A stretch of 60,019 nucleotides of DNA from Candidatus Aminicenantia bacterium (GTDB taxonomy: Bacteria > Acidobacteriota > Aminicenantia > UBA2199). Shown here piece after piece: positions 20,022 to 28,382 of this stretch. The notes under the pieces are model-generated. The model saw only the letters and a program-made list of their open reading frames with translations, ran no database searches and was not told the origin of the DNA. The stretch is taken from positions 1-60,019 of the forward strand of contig JBGSPO010000181.1 of the NCBI GenBank assembly GCA_041738575.1. Direction: 5' to 3'. Position 1 is the stretch's first letter. Every line of letters starts with the position of its first letter. Position numbers and translations under genes: made by a program.

Positions 20022-23000
20022 TTATAGCACCAATTTGTTCTTGATTTTGAACTGCAGGTAGTTTTCGCTGGCCAGCAGCGTTTGTTTTTCCAGTTTGCAG
20101 GTCGCCGGGTCCAGGACCACGGGGAGGAATTTTGCCTTGCCGTTGGCCGTGGCGAAGGCCTCGCGGAACAGGGGGTCGCCCCAGAAGGCGCCCATGGCCA
20201 GCCCGGCGTAATAGGGATTGACCCGGCCGATCTCGGCGAATATCTCTTTGCCGGCAGCGGGATCCAGCGCCATGCCTAGTTTTTCCGCCAGCAGCCCCAC
20301 GACCTCCAGGTTGGTCTTCCCGGCCGCAGGCGGCACCAGGGCGTCGCTGCGCTGCACGCGACGGTCGCAGGCCGTGAAAGTGCCGGTGCTCTCCAGGGGC
20401 GTCGACATGGGCAGGACCACGTCGGCCCCGGCGGCGGTGGCGGTCAGGAAGAAATCGGCGACCAGCTTGAATTTCACCTTGGCCAGCAGGCCGGCGGCCG
20501 GGGCGTAGGCCAGCGGATCTTCGCCGAATACCAGCAGGGCCTTGACGTCGCCCTTTTTCAGCCGGGCTTCCAGGTCAACGGGCTTGAAGATCTGCTGCAA
20601 GGGCACGCCCCACAGCTCCTGCAGGCGGTCGACTTCTTTCTGTCCGGGACGGATGAAACCGGGGAGGTAGCGGCTGTCGACCCCCATGTCCAGCAGCCCC
20701 TGGGAGTTGGCATAATCGCGGACCAGGACCAGCCCGTTGCCCGGCTGCCCGGTCTTGCCCAGGAGCAGCAGCAGGTTGCCCAGGGACTTGATGTCATCGC
20801 GTGATTTTTCCAGGAATTGGTCCATGCCGTAGACGACAAGGATATTGGTTGCCTGGGCCAGCATGGCGACGGCGCGGGCGAATTTATCCCCCTGGATGCC
20901 GGTCTTGGCGACCACCTGCTCGGCATCGATCTGCTGGATCGCGGCATGGAATTTTGCGAAGTTTTCCGTGCGCGCGTCGATGAATGCCCGGTCAGCCCGG
21001 CCGGCGGCGATCAGGGCGTTGGCCAGCCCCGCGACCAGGGCCGTGTTGGTGCCGCGCTTGGGGTCGAGCCAGAGGTCGGCGATCCGGCTCAGGGGATTTT
21101 CCGATGAGTTCATCGTGATGAGGCGCGCCCCTTTTTTCATGGCTTCCTTGATCTTCAGCTCGGCAACCAGGTTGTTCTCGGTCAGCTCGGCATTGACGAC
21201 CATGATGACATCGGCTCTCTGGAATTCATCCATGGTCGTGGTGGAGGTGGTCAGGCCGAACATGTCGTCCAGGGCGTCAAGATCGCGGCCCATGAACAGG
21301 TTGCTGAAGCTGCCGATCATGTTGCTCTTGAACCCGGTGCGCACCCATTTCTGCAGTTGGTACAGCTCCTCGTTGGTCAGCCTGGGCGATGCGAATACGG
21401 CCACGGCTTCCGGACCGTGCTTCTTGACCAGGGCCTGGATCTTGGCAACGGCCAGGTCGAGCGCTTCTTCCCAGGAGGCCTTGTGCAGGCCGGCCTTGCC
21501 CTTGACCAGGGGGGCGCGCAGGCGCTGGTCGTCCAGCATGTAGCGGTAGCCGAAACGGCCCTTGTGGCATAGGTAGCCCTTGTTGTGCGCGGCATCGGCG
21601 GTGCCCAGCGCGGCGTAGGCGTCGGGGCCGTAGACTTTGTATTGCAGCTCGCAGCCCACGGAACAGAAATGGCAGATGGCTGAATGCTTCGTGCCGGCCC
21701 AGGGACCGGGCTTGGCGAAGGGCAGCTTCTCGGCGATGGCGCCGGTCGGGCAGGCGGCGATGCAATTGCCGCAGGAGATGCAGTTGGTCTCCAGCAGCTT
21801 TTTTTCCATGGAAGGCCGCATCACCGATCGGAAGCCGCGGTAGACGAACCCCAGGGCCGATACGCGGAGTATTTCCGAGCAGGTGCGAACGCAGCGCCCG
21901 CAGGCGATGCATTTGTTGGGGTCGAGAGTGATGAAGGGGTGGGCCTTGTCCACCTTGTATTTTCTGACCTCGCCCACGAATTTGCTGATGTCCACCCCGA
22001 AGTCCACGGCGTGCTTGCGCAGGTCGCAGTCGAAGTACGCGGAACAGCCGCACTCCAGGCAGCGCCCGGTCTCGCTGTCCGCCTGTTCAGAACTGAAGCC
22101 GAGCTCGACTTCGTCGAATGTTTTTGCCCGCTCGGCCGCCGGGAGCTCCGGCATTTTTTCCTTTGGCAGCCTGGCAAAATCGGAAAAATCGCTGTCCGGG
22201 ATGTCCCCGAAAGCCTCTTTGCGGCTGATGAATTCCTCAGGTTTGCCCTGGGCCTTGCCCGTGCGCACGAAGTGGTCGATGGCGTTGGCCGCGATCTTGC
22301 CGTGGGCGATGGCGTCGATGGCCACGGCCGGGCCGGTGGCCATGTCGCCGCCGGTGAAAACGCCGGGAAGCGAGGTTTCAAAGGTGTCTTCGCTGAAGAC
22401 CAGCGTGTTGTGCCGGGTCGACTTCAGTTGCGGATCCTTCTGCAGGCCGCACAGGTCCACGTCCTGGCCGATGGCCGAGATCACAAAATCGCAGGGCAGA
22501 CTGTACTCGGAACCCGCTTTCGGCACGGGGCTGCGCCGGCCGCTGGCGTCGGGTTCGCCCAGTTCCATGCGGATGCAGGTCAGGGCCTTGAGCCGGCTGT
22601 TCTCCGCCACCAGTTCGGTCGGGGCCGAGAGCAGGATCAGCTCCACGCCTTCCTCGAGGGCGGCGTCGATCTCCATGGGATGGGCCGGCATCTCGTTACG
22701 CGTGCGGCGGTAGAGAAGGGTGACCTTGGCAGCGCCCAGCCTGCGGGCGCTGCGCGCGGCGTCGAGGGCCGTGTTACCGCCGCCGACGACCACCACGTTG
22801 CCGTAGATCTCGGGTTTAGCCTCGCACTGCAACTGCCAGAGAAAGTCGATGCCGCCGAGGACGCCCTGGATCTCGTCTTCGCCGGGCAGGCGCATGCCCT
22901 TGGCCTTCTGGGCGCCGAAGGCGAGATAGACGGCGTCAAATCCCCGTTCTTTCAGGTTTTCGATCGAGAAATCCTTTCCCAGTGCGGAATTGGTCTTTAC

Positions 23001-23774
23001 GGTCACGCCCAGGTTGGTGATCCAGGAAATCTCCTTGTCCAGCAACTCCTTGGGCAGCCGGTACTCGGGGATGCCGTAGCGCAGCATGCCGCCGAGGTGC
23101 GGCGACTTCTCGAACAGGGTGACGGCATAGCCTTTCAGCACCAGGTAATAGGCGCAAGTCAGGCCGGCGGGCCCGCCGCCGACGATGGCGACTTTCTTGC
23201 CGTTGGCGGCCGGGACGGCCGGCGTCCAGGGGTCCTCGATGTCGATATCGGTGGCGTAGCGCTTCAGGTAGTCGATGCCCACGCGCTCGTCGACGCGGTT
23301 GCGGCGGCAGGCCACTTCGCACTCGCGCACGCAGACGCGGCCACAGACCAGGGGCAGGGGGTTGGTCTCCTTGATCAGGCGCACGGCTTCCCGGGGTTTG
23401 CCCATGGCGATCAGGGCGATGTAGCCCTGGACGTCGACGCCGGCCGGACAGGTCTGCTGGCAGGGGGCGAGGCAGTCGGCATAGTGGTTCGACAGCAGCA
23501 GCTCCAGCGCGGTCTTTCTGGCCTCGCGGATGCGCGGGTTGTCGGTATGGATGACCATTTTGTCGGCCACCGGGCTGGAGCACGAAGGGATCAGTTTTTT
23601 GACGCCCTCGACCTCCACCACGCAGAGGTAGCAGGAGCCGTAGGGCGGCAGCTTGGGCTCATGGCACAGGGTGGGGATCTCGGCGATATGGTTCTCCCGG
23701 ATCACGTCCAGTATGGTTTGATTGGCGCGGGCGGTCACTTCCCTGCCGTCGATGGTGAGTTTTAGTTTGTCCAT
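20022..23774 (-). CDS. fusion oxidoreductase: [2Fe-2S] ferredoxin, GltD/NfnB-like NAD(P)H flavoprotein, 2x[4Fe-4S] and a formate-dehydrogenase-like molybdopterin (MopB) domain
   Basis: 1250 aa. Ferredoxin motif CHEPKLPPYGSCYLCVVEV. GltD-type CLAPCQQTCPAGVDV...NPLPLVCGRVCVRECEVAC and VAIVGGGPAGL / VVVVGGGNTALD. Ferredoxin clusters CIACGRCVRTCSE and CISCGNCIAACPTG. MopB cluster CHFCSVGC...CHKGRFGY. ATG at 23774 is preceded by AAGGGGA; the TTG at 23792 in the track is less likely. Confidence 0.85.
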   Translation of the reverse strand: MDKLKLTIDGREVTARANQTILDVIRENHIAEIPTLCHEPKLPPYGSCYLCVVEVEGVKKLIPSCSSPVADKMVIHTDNPRIREARKTALELLLSNHYADCLAPCQQTCPAGVDVQGYIALIAMGKPREAVRLIKETNPLPLVCGRVCVRECEVACRRNRVDERVGIDYLKRYATDIDIEDPWTPAVPAANGKKVAIVGGGPAGLTCAYYLVLKGYAVTLFEKSPHLGGMLRYGIPEYRLPKELLDKEISWITNLGVTVKTNSALGKDFSIENLKERGFDAVYLAFGAQKAKGMRLPGEDEIQGVLGGIDFLWQLQCEAKPEIYGNVVVVGGGNTALDAARSARRLGAAKVTLLYRRTRNEMPAHPMEIDAALEEGVELILLSAPTELVAENSRLKALTCIRMELGEPDASGRRSPVPKAGSEYSLPCDFVISAIGQDVDLCGLQKDPQLKSTRHNTLVFSEDTFETSLPGVFTGGDMATGPAVAIDAIAHGKIAANAIDHFVRTGKAQGKPEEFISRKEAFGDIPDSDFSDFARLPKEKMPELPAAERAKTFDEVELGFSSEQADSETGRCLECGCSAYFDCDLRKHAVDFGVDISKFVGEVRKYKVDKAHPFITLDPNKCIACGRCVRTCSEILRVSALGFVYRGFRSVMRPSMEKKLLETNCISCGNCIAACPTGAIAEKLPFAKPGPWAGTKHSAICHFCSVGCELQYKVYGPDAYAALGTADAAHNKGYLCHKGRFGYRYMLDDQRLRAPLVKGKAGLHKASWEEALDLAVAKIQALVKKHGPEAVAVFASPRLTNEELYQLQKWVRTGFKSNMIGSFSNLFMGRDLDALDDMFGLTTSTTTMDEFQRADVIMVVNAELTENNLVAELKIKEAMKKGARLITMNSSENPLSRIADLWLDPKRGTNTALVAGLANALIAAGRADRAFIDARTENFAKFHAAIQQIDAEQVVAKTGIQGDKFARAVAMLAQATNILVVYGMDQFLEKSRDDIKSLGNLLLLLGKTGQPGNGLVLVRDYANSQGLLDMGVDSRYLPGFIRPGQKEVDRLQELWGVPLQQIFKPVDLEARLKKGDVKALLVFGEDPLAYAPAAGLLAKVKFKLVADFFLTATAAGADVVLPMSTPLESTGTFTACDRRVQRSDALVPPAAGKTNLEVVGLLAEKLGMALDPAAGKEIFAEIGRVNPYYAGLAMGAFWGDPLFREAFATANGKAKFLPVVLDPATCKLEKQTLLASENYLQFKIKNKLVL

Positions 23775-23788
23775 GGCTGCTTTCCCCT

Positions 23789-25555
23789 TCAATCCTTGCT
23801 GATGGCCTTGAAATTACAGGTTTCGAAACATTTGCCGCACTTGATGCACAGGGCCTGGTCGATGTGGTGCACTTGTTTCTTCTCGCCGCTGATGGCCTGG
23901 GACGGGCAGACCCTGGCGCAGAGCGTGCAGCCGGTGCACTGGTCTTCCAGGATGGTGAAGGTCAGGAGCGGGGCGCAGCTGTGCGCCGGGCATTTCCTGT
24001 CGCGGATATGGGTTTCGTATTCGTCGCGGAAATACTTCAGCGTGGTCAGGACCGGGTTGGGCGCGGTCTGCCCCAGGCCGCAGATGGTGTTGTTGCGGAT
24101 CTTGTCGGCGAGGTCCTCCAGCAGCTCGATGTCTCCCTGCCGGCCGCGGCCGTCGGTGATACGTTCCAGGATCTCCAGCATGCGCTTGGTGCCGATGCGG
24201 CAGAAGGTGCATTTGCCGCAGCTCTCGTCCTGGGTGAAGCGCAGGAAGAACTTGGCCATCTCCACCATGCAGGTGGTCTCATCCATGACCACCATGCCGC
24301 CCGAGCCCATGATCGCCCCGGTCTGGTTGATCTTCTGGTAGTCGATCTGCAGGTCGCCCATGGCGGCCGGGATGCAGCCGCCCGAGGGGCCGCCCATCTG
24401 CACGGCCTTGAATTTTTTGCCGTCGCGGATGCCGCCGCCGATGTCGTAAATGATCTCGTTGATGGTCAGGCCCATGGGGACTTCGACCAGCCCGCCGCGG
24501 GCGATCTTGCCGGCCAGGGCGAACACTTTGGTCCCCTTGCTGTTCTCGGTGCCCATGGCGGCGAAGGTCTCGGCGCCGTTCATGATGATCCAGGCAATGT
24601 TGGCATAGGTCTCGACGTTGTTGATGTTGGTCGGCTTGCCCCACAGTCCTTTTTGCGCGGGGAAGGGCGGCCGGAAACGCGGCATGCCGCGCTGGCCCTC
24701 GATGGAGGCGATCAGGGCGGTCTCCTCGCCGCAGACGAAAGCGCCGGCTCCCTCCTTGATCTTGATCTTCAGGTTCATTTTGGAACCGAAGATGTTTTTG
24801 CCAAGGAATCCCTTTTCCGTGGCCTTCCGGATGGAGTGCTGCAGCCGGCGCACGGCCATGGGGTATTCGGCCCGGACGTAAATATAGGCCTCGTCGGCGC
24901 CGCAGGCGAAGGCGCCGATCATCATGCCTTCCAGCACCGAGTGCGGATCGCCCTCCAGGGTGCTGCGGTCCATGAAAGCGCCGGGGTCTCCCTCATCGGC
25001 GTTGCAGATGATGTATTTCTTGTCTCCCGCCGCCTGGCGGCAGAAGCGCCACTTCATGCCGGTCAGGAAGCCGGCGCCGCCGCGGCCGCGCAGCCCGGAG
25101 TTCAGGATGATCTCGATGACCTGCTCTGGGGTGTACTCCTTCAGCACTTTCCGGATGGCCTGATAGCCGCCGCTGGCGATGTATTCGTCGATGGAATCGG
25201 GATCGATGATGCCGCAGTTGCGCAGGACGATGCGCTTCTGCTTGGCGAAGAAGGTGTCCTCGGCAGCGGCGTCCCCGCCTTTGACGATCCACTCGGCGAT
25301 GGGCTTGTCCTGCAACACCTGCTCGTCGAGGATGCGCTTGACCTTGTCCGGGGTCACGTTGCCGTACATGTTGCTGCGGCCCGCCTCATCGATGACCTCG
25401 ACCAGGACCTCCTGGTAGCAGTTGCCCATGCAGCCGGTTTCCACGAGCCGGACCGGTATGTTTTCCCTGGCGATCGCTTCCTGCAATGCCGTATGGACCT
25501 TTTCCCCGCCGGCCGAAACTCCGCATGTGCCGAGGCCTACTTTGATGGTCTTCAT
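23789..25555 (-). CDS. NuoF/HydB-like NADH-binding FMN flavoprotein with an N-terminal thioredoxin-like [2Fe-2S] domain and C-terminal 2x[4Fe-4S]
   Basis: 588 aa. Motifs GLRGRGGAGFLTGMKW, NADEGDPGAF, ESCGKCTFCRIG and C-terminal CTGCTLCARVCP / CIKCGKCFETC. N-terminal GTCGVSAGG...GCMGNC. Confidence 0.9.
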   Translation of the reverse strand: MKTIKVGLGTCGVSAGGEKVHTALQEAIARENIPVRLVETGCMGNCYQEVLVEVIDEAGRSNMYGNVTPDKVKRILDEQVLQDKPIAEWIVKGGDAAAEDTFFAKQKRIVLRNCGIIDPDSIDEYIASGGYQAIRKVLKEYTPEQVIEIILNSGLRGRGGAGFLTGMKWRFCRQAAGDKKYIICNADEGDPGAFMDRSTLEGDPHSVLEGMMIGAFACGADEAYIYVRAEYPMAVRRLQHSIRKATEKGFLGKNIFGSKMNLKIKIKEGAGAFVCGEETALIASIEGQRGMPRFRPPFPAQKGLWGKPTNINNVETYANIAWIIMNGAETFAAMGTENSKGTKVFALAGKIARGGLVEVPMGLTINEIIYDIGGGIRDGKKFKAVQMGGPSGGCIPAAMGDLQIDYQKINQTGAIMGSGGMVVMDETTCMVEMAKFFLRFTQDESCGKCTFCRIGTKRMLEILERITDGRGRQGDIELLEDLADKIRNNTICGLGQTAPNPVLTTLKYFRDEYETHIRDRKCPAHSCAPLLTFTILEDQCTGCTLCARVCPSQAISGEKKQVHHIDQALCIKCGKCFETCNFKAISKD

Positions 25556-25574
25556 GTGCTTCTCCTTGCTGCGC

Positions 25575-26093
25575 TCAGGCGGTTTGGGTTTTTTGGGCCT
25601 TGGACTTGTATTCTTTCAGCAATTGCTGGACTTTCTTCGGCGTCAGCCGCCCGAAGGTCTCGTCGTTGATCATGATGACGGGCGACAGGGAGCAGCAGCC
25701 GAGGCAGGCCACCTTCTGCAGGGTGAACAGCCCGTCCTCGGTGGTGTCGTTGCCGCTGATCTGCAGCTCATCCTCGATAGTGCCGGCAATGCGCTCGGAA
25801 CCGTTGACGTGGCAGGCGGTGCCGTCGCAGATCTTGACCAGGAATTTTCCCAGCGGCTTGAGGCGAAACTGCGAGTAGAACGTGATCACGCCGTAGATCT
25901 CGGCGGCCGGGATGCCCACGATCTCGCTGATCTGGTCGATGGCGGTAGCGGGGATATAGCCGTACGTGTCCTGGGCCGCCTGCAACAGGGGGATCAGGGC
26001 TCCCTTTTCCCCCTCGTAATTCCAGAGATCGACCTTGAAGCCGGCCAGCCCGTTCTTTTTCTGCTGCGCTTTCAGATTGTCATTGGGTGTCAT
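25575..26093 (-). CDS. NuoE/HydC-like thioredoxin-fold [2Fe-2S] ferredoxin subunit
   Basis: 172 aa. Contains ICDGTACHVNG...VACLGCCSLSPVIMINDE, the classic NuoE cluster-binding pattern. Confidence 0.9.
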   Translation of the reverse strand: MTPNDNLKAQQKKNGLAGFKVDLWNYEGEKGALIPLLQAAQDTYGYIPATAIDQISEIVGIPAAEIYGVITFYSQFRLKPLGKFLVKICDGTACHVNGSERIAGTIEDELQISGNDTTEDGLFTLQKVACLGCCSLSPVIMINDETFGRLTPKKVQQLLKEYKSKAQKTQTA

Positions 26094-26117
26094 GCACCCA
26101 TTATCTTATATTTCAGC

Positions 26118-27128
26118 TTACATTTCAAATAGCTTGATGATGGGCATTTCCTTGATGCGCAGCACCCCGTCCAGGGGCTTGATCTTGGCCAGGATGTTGC
26201 GGTCGATCTCGGCGAAGCTGGTGCCCTGCATCAGCAGCACGATGTCGTACTTGCCGGCGATGCAGTCGCAGGAAACGACCTGGTCGTTGATGTAAAGGGT
26301 GGGATAGATCTGCTCCAGTTTTTCCTTCTCGATCTCCAGGAAGACATAGGACGAAGCGCTCTTCCAGAAATTGGCGTTGTTCGCGGCGTCGGGATTTCCC
26401 TTTTCGCGTCCCAGGGCCTTGTCGAACGTGCCGATGATGTTGGCGACGCTCTCGGGCAACTGCGGCGGGTCCACGGGTAGCAGCACGGCTTCTTTCACGC
26501 CGGCGATTTTCTTGATCTTGTTGTCCACCGTGGCTTGGATATCGGCCATGTTCCCCGCCTGCAGCAACAGGGCCAGGTCGAAATCGCCCTTGATGGCGTC
26601 GCAGTACAGCACCTGGTCCATGAAGTACAGGTCCTGGTACACCGCGGACAGGTCGGCCGCGTCGCTGAAGTTCAACAGGACATAAGCGCTGACCGACCGA
26701 TCCCCCGCCGGCTCGGCGCTTTCCTTGCCGGCAACCGCGGGCGCCGCCGTCTTCAGAGGGATGTCCGCGAGGATCCGGCTCAGTTCCTCGGCGGTGAAAG
26801 GCTTTTCCAGGTAGGCATCGGCCTTCTCGGACCTGGCATCGGCTTCGGTCGTCTCGTTGCCGTAGCCGGTGATCACCACCACCGGCAGCTCGGGATAGTT
26901 GAACTTGATCACCTTGAGAAGCTTGATGCCGTCGATGTCGGGCAGGCGCAGGTCGACCACCACGTAGTGGAAGGGGGCCTGGTTTTTTTTGATGTTCTCC
27001 AGCGCCTTCAGCCCGCACATGCCGCTTTCGCAGGATTCGGTCTCATATCCTTTTTGCAGCAGCCCCAGGGCCAGGCTGCGCTGCAGGGAAGCCTCGTCAT
27101 CGATCAGCAACACTTTCTTTTCATTCAT
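26118..27128 (-). CDS. response-regulator receiver domain fused to two Lrp/AsnC-type RAM (ligand-binding) domains, with no recognisable DNA-binding domain
   Basis: REC: KKVLLIDDE...VVVDLRLPDIDG...VVVITGYG. Two about 75-aa repeats follow: VSAYVLLNF...VLYCDAIKGDFDLALLLQAGNMADIQATV...IAGVKEAVLLPV and SSYVFLEIE...VVSCDCIAGKYDIVLLMQGTSFAEIDRNI...LDGVLRIKEMPII. RBS AAGGAG before the ATG at 27128. Confidence 0.75.
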   Translation of the reverse strand: MNEKKVLLIDDEASLQRSLALGLLQKGYETESCESGMCGLKALENIKKNQAPFHYVVVDLRLPDIDGIKLLKVIKFNYPELPVVVITGYGNETTEADARSEKADAYLEKPFTAEELSRILADIPLKTAAPAVAGKESAEPAGDRSVSAYVLLNFSDAADLSAVYQDLYFMDQVLYCDAIKGDFDLALLLQAGNMADIQATVDNKIKKIAGVKEAVLLPVDPPQLPESVANIIGTFDKALGREKGNPDAANNANFWKSASSYVFLEIEKEKLEQIYPTLYINDQVVSCDCIAGKYDIVLLMQGTSFAEIDRNILAKIKPLDGVLRIKEMPIIKLFEM

Positions 27129-27187
27129 TTTATTCTCCTTTATTATTTCGAACTCGGGGTTCTCTTTTCCGTCCCCACTATCCAATA

Positions 27188-27203
27188 AGCATAAGACGTG
27201 CCA
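27188..27203 (-). promoter_or_regulatory. sigma54 (-24/-12) promoter upstream of the REC-RAM / NuoEF operon
   Basis: The minus strand reads TGGCACGTCTTATGCT, matching the TGGCACG-N4-TTGCW consensus with GG and GC at the canonical 10-nt offset. It lies about 60 nt upstream of the ATG at 27128. A sigma54 activator is encoded at the end of the same operon. Confidence 0.7.
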
Positions 27204-27542
27204 ATTTGGAAAAGTCGCCAAAGTAAGGGTTTTGGGGGCAGGCGCCGGTTTCGCCGGCGGCAGTGGTGTACAAATATTTTATGCTGATCCGCGGAAAACG
27301 CCGTCAGTGCTTGGTTTCGAAGAAGTGTAACATTATTTGCCGCTTACGCTTTATCCGAGGTCTCTTGTCAGCGCTGGTTTCCGGGCGGCAATTTATTTTA
27401 TATATATTTATTTTATAATTTATATTAAAATCATTGTCTTTATACGGAGGTTTCATGGGTTGGAGAAATCGTCCATCGTGGCCGATCGCATTGAATGCGG
27501 CCGGATTCTTTGCTACTCTTATTCATTCTGGAGGGCGGCACC

Positions 27543-28370
27543 ATGAACAGGATCGTTGAAAAAGAACTGCTGTCGGAAAATGTGGTGAAGCTGGTCGTCG
27601 AGGCCCCGCAGGTTGCGCGCAAGCAGTGCCCGGGCCAGTTCGTCATCGTGCGTTTCGATGAAAAAGGGGAAAGGATCCCGCTGACCATCGCCGATGCCGA
27701 CCGGGAAAACGGCACCATCACCCTGATCATCCAGAAGGTCGGGACCTCGTCCTGCAAGATCACGAGCCTGAACCCCGGCGATTCGCTGTCGGACGTATCC
27801 GGGCCTCTAGGCCGGCCAACCCATGTCGAGAAGCTCGGGACGGTCCTGGCCTGCGGCGGCGGCGTGGGCATTGCCCCCCTCTATCCCATTGCCAGGGCTT
27901 TCAAGGAGGCGGGCAACAGGCTGATCGCCGTTCTGGGCGCGCGCAACCGCGAGCTTCTGATCCTGGAAAAGGAGATGGCCGCGTTCGCCGATGAAACGAT
28001 CGTCATGACCGATGACGGCTCTTATGGAAAAAAAGGCGTGATCACGGTCGGGATCGAGGAGGTGCTGCAGCGCGAGCCCGTTCACCTGGCGGTAGCCATT
28101 GGGCCGGCCGTCATGATGAAATTCGTCGCCCTGCTGACCAAGAAGTACAATGTCCCGACCATCGCCAGCCTGAACACCATCATGGTGGACGGCACGGGCA
28201 TGTGCGGCGCCTGCCGGGTGTCGGTGGGCGGAAAGACCAAGTTCGTCTGCGTGGACGGACCCGAGTTCGATGCCCACCAGATCGACTATGACGAGATGAT
28301 CAAGCGCTTGAATACCTACAAGGCGGAAGAAAAGGTCTCGTTCGACGGCTATATGAAATCGTTGCCATAA
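27543..28370 (+). CDS. nfnA: NADH-dependent reduced ferredoxin:NADP oxidoreductase small subunit (NfnA / SudB-like, PyrK family)
   Basis: 275 aa. Motifs PGQFVIVRFDEKGERIPLTIAD, GPLGRP, GGGVGIAPL, TDDGSYGKKG and MVDGTGMCGACRV...FVCVDGPEF. Confidence 0.85.
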   Translation: MNRIVEKELLSENVVKLVVEAPQVARKQCPGQFVIVRFDEKGERIPLTIADADRENGTITLIIQKVGTSSCKITSLNPGDSLSDVSGPLGRPTHVEKLGTVLACGGGVGIAPLYPIARAFKEAGNRLIAVLGARNRELLILEKEMAAFADETIVMTDDGSYGKKGVITVGIEEVLQREPVHLAVAIGPAVMMKFVALLTKKYNVPTIASLNTIMVDGTGMCGACRVSVGGKTKFVCVDGPEFDAHQIDYDEMIKRLNTYKAEEKVSFDGYMKSLP

Positions 28371-28382
28371 AGGAGACACACC

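Noticed and set aside
20022-23774. Selenocysteine recoding (in-frame TGA) in the Fdh-like domain, prompted by the nearby SelB-like gene.
   Set aside because: The reading frame is uninterrupted over 1250 codons. The position equivalent to the Sec/Cys ligand is occupied by unrelated residues (SNMIGSFSNLF).
21684-25669. Plus-strand ORFs of 693 aa and 601 aa opposite the fusion oxidoreductase and the NuoF-like gene.
   Set aside because: Same reasoning. They are antisense shadows with repetitive G/A/D/L composition, while the minus-strand products have complete Fe-S and flavin motifs.
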